The position numbers and the translations under genes are program-made. Below are positions 59,381 to 64,000 of a stretch of 64,000 bases of DNA, in pieces. This DNA comes from Mobula birostris (lineage: Eukaryota), in the NCBI RefSeq assembly GCF_030028105.1, contig NC_092382.1, positions 19,385,792 through 19,449,791 on the forward strand, given 5' to 3'. The first letter of the stretch is position 1; each line of letters begins with the position of its first letter. Below the pieces are notes generated by a model. That model ran no database searches. It was not told where the DNA came from and saw nothing but the letters and a program-made list of their open reading frames with translations.

Positions 59381-60534
59381 TAAGAATTGGATGATGTTTG
59401 AATCCATTCTGATGAAAGGTTTGGAAACCAAATTGCTAACTTTTTTCCCTTCCCCACAGCTGTTCCTTACCTGCTGAGTGTTTCTCGTGATTCCAGTTTC
59501 TCTGTGTTACATTCACCCTGGAACATTTTAAATCTCCTGCGAATGGACCAGTGTCCCAGCACTCATTTTGTGAGAGTTGATAGGAGAGTAAAGAAACCAG
59601 AGCTTTTCCCAGTACATTGTCCTGGGGCCAATTGTCCTGTTTTCCTGGAAATGTATTCAGTAACGTTGTTGCTACCAAGGTTCACAAGAATAATCTGAGC
59701 AATGATAAGCTTTATGCAGGCGGAGCTTCTGATGACCCCGGGCCTGCTGTTCAGTGGAGTTCAGAGGGATGGTGGTTGGGGTTTGGTGTGGGGGGGTGGC
59801 AGGAAGTTAGGGCCAGGGGTGATTATTTACACCAACTGAATAACAGCAAGTCTGGATGCAGTGGGAATGGAGAGGGTGTCTTGATTAGACGGAGAGTCTG
59901 GGATCTGAGAGTGCTGCCTCAGAATAAACAGACTTCACTTTAAAACTGAGACGAGAGAAATTACTTCAGCCAAAGGTTGGTTCATCTGTAGAATTTGATG
60001 CCACAGAGGGTGGTGGAGGCTATCGTTCGGTATATTCATGTTCTGGATTGCTAAATAGGTTAAATATTATTGCAGGGAAGCAAGAATATGGTTTTGGAAA
60101 AAGAATCCTCCATGATTGATTATGGAGCAGACTGGAATGACCGAATCACCTAATTCTACTCCTATGTATTATAACTTGTATCTTATAACATGACTGAACG
60201 ATGACTTCTTTGTATCCCGTCACAAACAAGAGAAGATGTTCAGATGCTGGAAATTCAAGCAACACACACAAAATGCTGGAAGAACTCAGCAGACCAGGCA
60301 GCATTTATGGAAGAGAGTAGAGTCAACGTACACATGTTGCCTGGCCTGATGGGTTCCTGTAGAATTTTCTGTCTGTTCTTTTGTATCCAAGACAGGCTAT
60401 GTAAAGTGTAAGGGACAGTTCCAGATTTCTTCACTCAGATCATGATATCTGTATACAAGATTTAAATTTCAGGTTAATGCTTTGTTCTCGTTTGTGTTAG
60501 TAACATATTTCATTATCTGTCTGGTTAAATTTAG

Positions 60535-60699
60535 ACCTGCGGTGAGAGGTTTATTGGAAGAAAAGCCCACGACTGGAAGCGAACCACAACTGAAGATGAG
60601 GGAACAGCAAGAATTGAACCAGCCCGAGGACTGAGAGCATCAACTGGAGAGAACCCTTCTGACTCGAAGTTTCCATTAATTCAGCCAGGAGAAAGTTTG
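60535..60699 (+). other. Candidate exon (165 nt) of the plus-strand paralogous unit
   Basis: TTTAG acceptor, TTG|GTGAGT donor, open in phase 0 (TCGERFIGRK...ASTGENPSDSKFPLIQPGESL). Confidence 0.3.
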
Positions 60700-61019
60700 G
60701 TGAGTCTCATTTACTCTAACATTGGTCCTTTAGACATTGCACTTCTGTACCAAGGAAAATAGGAAATAGCTGGAATGAGACTAAATAAACCTAGATGTGC
60801 CAGTTATGTCAGTTGCAATCATTCCAGATCTGCTAATATGCCGTCGGCATCAGCTCTGTGAAGCCACGCACATTCCCTCATATTGTTTGCTCATTTCAAA
60901 CTTGTCACTTCCGATTTTTCCTTGCTTTGTCTGTGAAATGCGTTTAGAATTTCTTCCCTCTATTAGACGCCGCAGTTGTTTCCTGCTGTAGTGATAACAG
61001 AAATGTGGAATTACCATGA

Positions 61020-61290
61020 CTACTACTACATCGACTCAGGCCCAGGGGGCCGGCGTCAGGCACGATGACGGACTCCCCACTGCTCCGTCTGCCTCATCAG
61101 TGTGTTCAGTTCACCTACATTAGCCGTGCCGCTGTCTTCTAGGACCGTGTTGACCATAGTCTTGAGAGGGCGCCCAGGGTTCATCCTCCCATGTTTCAGC
61201 TCCCATATGATGACTAGGCTGGCAGGTAGCTCGGGGTGTCGTACCATGAACTGCAGCAACATGTCATTAATTCCCCCGTCTATTGCAAGC
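61020..61290 (-). mobile_element. RTE-clade LINE 3' end
   Basis: VRHPELPASLVIIWELKHGRMNPGRPLKTMVNTVLEDSG; short (GTA)n-like tail at about 61020. Confidence 0.6.
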
Positions 61291-62139
61291 TGCAATGATA
61301 TACTTGCCCTCGAGTATATCGTCGTGCAAGCCTCTGCTAAGAGCAAACCCTCTTGAAGCCAAATGTCCCAGCACCACATTTCATTCAGTCCTAACTAGCA
61401 ACAGCCAACCAATAAATAATACTTACATACCCTGGCGTCATAAACTATTTTTTTTTACCAATAAATTGTCAGAATCTGTGCTCAAGCAGACGTAGGTTTT
61501 ACAATGTTCCCATCTGACCCTGTAGCAAAGACACAGGTTACATCTGACTTGAGATGAACGAATGTCCACGCAGCCAGGACTGCTACAGCTGCCGGAGTCG
61601 GTTTAAACTCAGTCGTTGAGGGATGGGAAGCAGCCTGTTGAGTCAGATGATGAAGCCGTTGATATTAAGGAAGATGCAATGTTCAGAGAGACTGCGGAAG
61701 GATTAGCTGTGGATAGGGCATCATGTAATGAAAAGCAGCATCAGTTTCCCCTCCCCCCTCCCCCCTCCCCCGACTCCCCTTCTCACTCTCCTGTTTTTTT
61801 TTACCAGTATTAATCACGGGAGTCAGGAACTCTTTCTGCTCACAGACCAGTGAAAGTAAAGCCTTTGATTCCATTCAGAGCCCAGTTTCTTTATAAAGAG
61901 TGGTGTTGAAGTGTTTTCCAGATGAACATGGGGGAATGTGTAACGGAAGTTTGAATCAGATCAGCAGCAGCTTCGGAAAGCCGAGTGGTCCACTTATGCA
62001 TTTGGTGCGTTGATTAGAAAAGTTCTGACAGTTTAATTAGTGTAAGCCAATATAACTTCTGCATATTAATTATATTGTGGAACTGAATAGAAACACTACA
62101 TTGATTAGGTATATACATGGATATTTATGAGTTAGTGTT

Positions 62140-62660
62140 GTACCGCAGCGGGTTGCGGATCGACCATGACTCATTCGGTGAGCTGGCCAGCACGGTACGG
62201 GACCGAGCGCCAGGCTCCCGCGGTCTCTGTCACTGACTCGACAGTCTCCCCATCTTCCGCGCGCTCCAGCTCACCACCCCTCCCACTGCCCACGCGCGCC
62301 CTCTGGCGGAGCGCCGTCACCCTCGCGCTCCCGTGCTGACGCTGCGCGTGCCCGGTATCTCCCGTGAAGTGACGTGAGATTTACTTGTCTCTCATTGGTG
62401 ACAGCAAATGCCAATTTAGCATACCAACCAATGGGAATATGGGGTTTGTCATTAAGGAGTTCCCTCTCTAGACCCCGCCACTTGTTTCCTAAACTGACTC
62501 TTGGGAAAGATCCAACAAGCTTGTTGCTTCAATGCCGCTCTTCCTCGCCATGGAGTTAGAGGAGCTGCAAGGGCGACGGATTGAAGAGGGAGAACAGGGG
62601 GTTTATCTCCTCTGAAGTGGCGAGGACGAAGGCTTCAATACATTTGTAGCGGACACCGGT
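62140..62660. promoter_or_regulatory. CpG island with promoter motifs
   Basis: CpG-dense 62140-62380, GTGACGTG, several CCAAT/ATTGG boxes (62394-62432), GC box near 62473. Confidence 0.5.
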
Positions 62661-63099
62661 AAAGTGTTGACCAGCAAGTGCAGTGTGCAGGGGGTGGGGG
62701 GGGGGATATTGAGAGCAAGTCACGATCTTTCTCTATGACACAACGGGCTGCAGGGACTCAGTGGCTGCCTTTTGTTTGAGCTGGCTGGGTTTAAACAGCG
62801 GAGTAAACAGACCCACCTTGGGCCAGCAGCCTGTCCCAGTAACACTCACAACACGACTGTCCCAGTGGGCGCTGTGGGGACAGATGTTTGGAGTATGGTT
62901 TCTCCCTGTCTGCATCAGCAATTTATCTGAGGGACAAAATGCAACATTTACAAGTCTGTTATTGACTGAAAACATTTGTATTTATTCTGTATTTTGCTTA
63001 TGATACAATCATTGTCCAACTTATGTTCCGTTAATCGTCATTCAAAACATACATGAAAACCCATGAATACAGCCAAATACAGCAGCGTTACTGCACACC

Positions 63100-64000
63100 G
63101 AGTCTTCTTGTTGGAAACTGCCTCGGTAAGATCCCTCGAGGGCATAGCCATTGTCTGAGTAATATTATCTATCCATCGTAGTGTCTGTCATCCTCTCCTT
63201 CTTGTTTTGCCTAACATGAGAGTCTTCTCCAAGGAATCCTGTCTTCTCATGATGTGGCCAAAATATTTCATCTTCTCAAGCCTCCTAGTGAGCAGTCTGG
63301 CAGTGTTTCTTCAAGTATTGACTTGTTGGATCTTCTGGCTGTCCAACGAACTCTTCACACTTTTCTCCAGCATCCAAGTTGAAAGCGTCGATTCTTTTGT
63401 GTTCAGTCCAGCTCTCACAGCCACACATCACAACTAGAAATACCATAGACTTGACTCTACGGACTTCGGAGACAATGTTATGTGTCTGCGTTTCAGTATT
63501 TTTTCTAAATTCCCATCGCTGCCCTCCCCAGGAGTAAGCACCGATTAATTTTCTAGCTGCATTTACCATGTAGAAACTGTTGAACTGAGGAAGACAAAAT
63601 CCATCACTGCTTCCACTTCCTTTCCACTTAATACGACGGAGTTAATAGGACTGCCTGGTTTTCTTAATATTGAGCAAGGAGCCAGCTTTCTTCTTTCACT
63701 TTCATTCGAAGCTTCCTCAGATCCTCCTCACTTTCAGCCATTAGAACAGTATCACCTGCATATCTGAAGTTGTTTATCTTTTGTCTGGTAATTTTGATTC
63801 CAACATTTTGAGTCCTCTAGACCAACATTCCTCATGATGTGTTCAGCATATAGATTAAATAAGTAGGGTGACAGAATGCAGCCTTGTCATACTCCTTTCC
63901 CAATCTTGAACCAGTTTGTTGTTCCGTGGTCAGTTCTGTTGCTTCTTGATCTCCGTACAAGTTTCTCATAAGGCAGATCAGATGCCCAGGTATCCTCATT
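63100..64000 (-). mobile_element. RTE/BovB-like LINE, degenerate, runs off the window
   Basis: IPGHLICLMRNLY...TTNWFKIGKGV*QGCILSPYLFNLYAEHIMR...INNFRYAGDTVLMAESEEDL; VKSMVFLVVMCGCESWT..RIDAF. Confidence 0.75.

Noticed and set aside
38625-59435. Further hammerhead-like motifs at about 38630, 45990, 47445 and 59405 (also 27250)
   Set aside because: Core nucleotides (CUGANGA or GAAA) or stems are mutated; treated as decayed Penelope ends.

Overview
Eukaryotic, repeat-rich vertebrate DNA, not prokaryotic. The repeat families and gene types point to a cartilaginous fish, probably a ray (inference). The main gene is an apparently intact minus-strand NLR (N-terminal CARD-like death fold, NACHT, RI-type LRRs). 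I reconstruct 10 coding exons (27739->10691, 2889 nt, 962 aa) plus a GC-rich promoter and non-coding first exon at about 33.2-33.35 kb. The window also holds a two-exon GPR139-like GPCR with a frameshift and a premature stop, and two orphan 3' exons of an MS4A-like gene. Repeats include a ~6 kb 39-bp minisatellite in an NLR intron, many CR1 LINEs (one near full length and nested), Rex1/Babar, L1, RTE and Penelope-like elements carrying minimal hammerhead ribozymes, and a mariner-type MITE. The less obvious structure lies upstream of the NLR. An inverted paralogous copy of its promoter and first intron faces the other way (48.7-55.3 kb). A conserved X-box/ETS/YY1-like module occurs four times. 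A Kozak-initiated 'half-CARD' exon at 44.3-44.5 kb has a splice phase compatible with the NLR's downstream exons. All alignments were done by eye; repeat boundaries are approximate.
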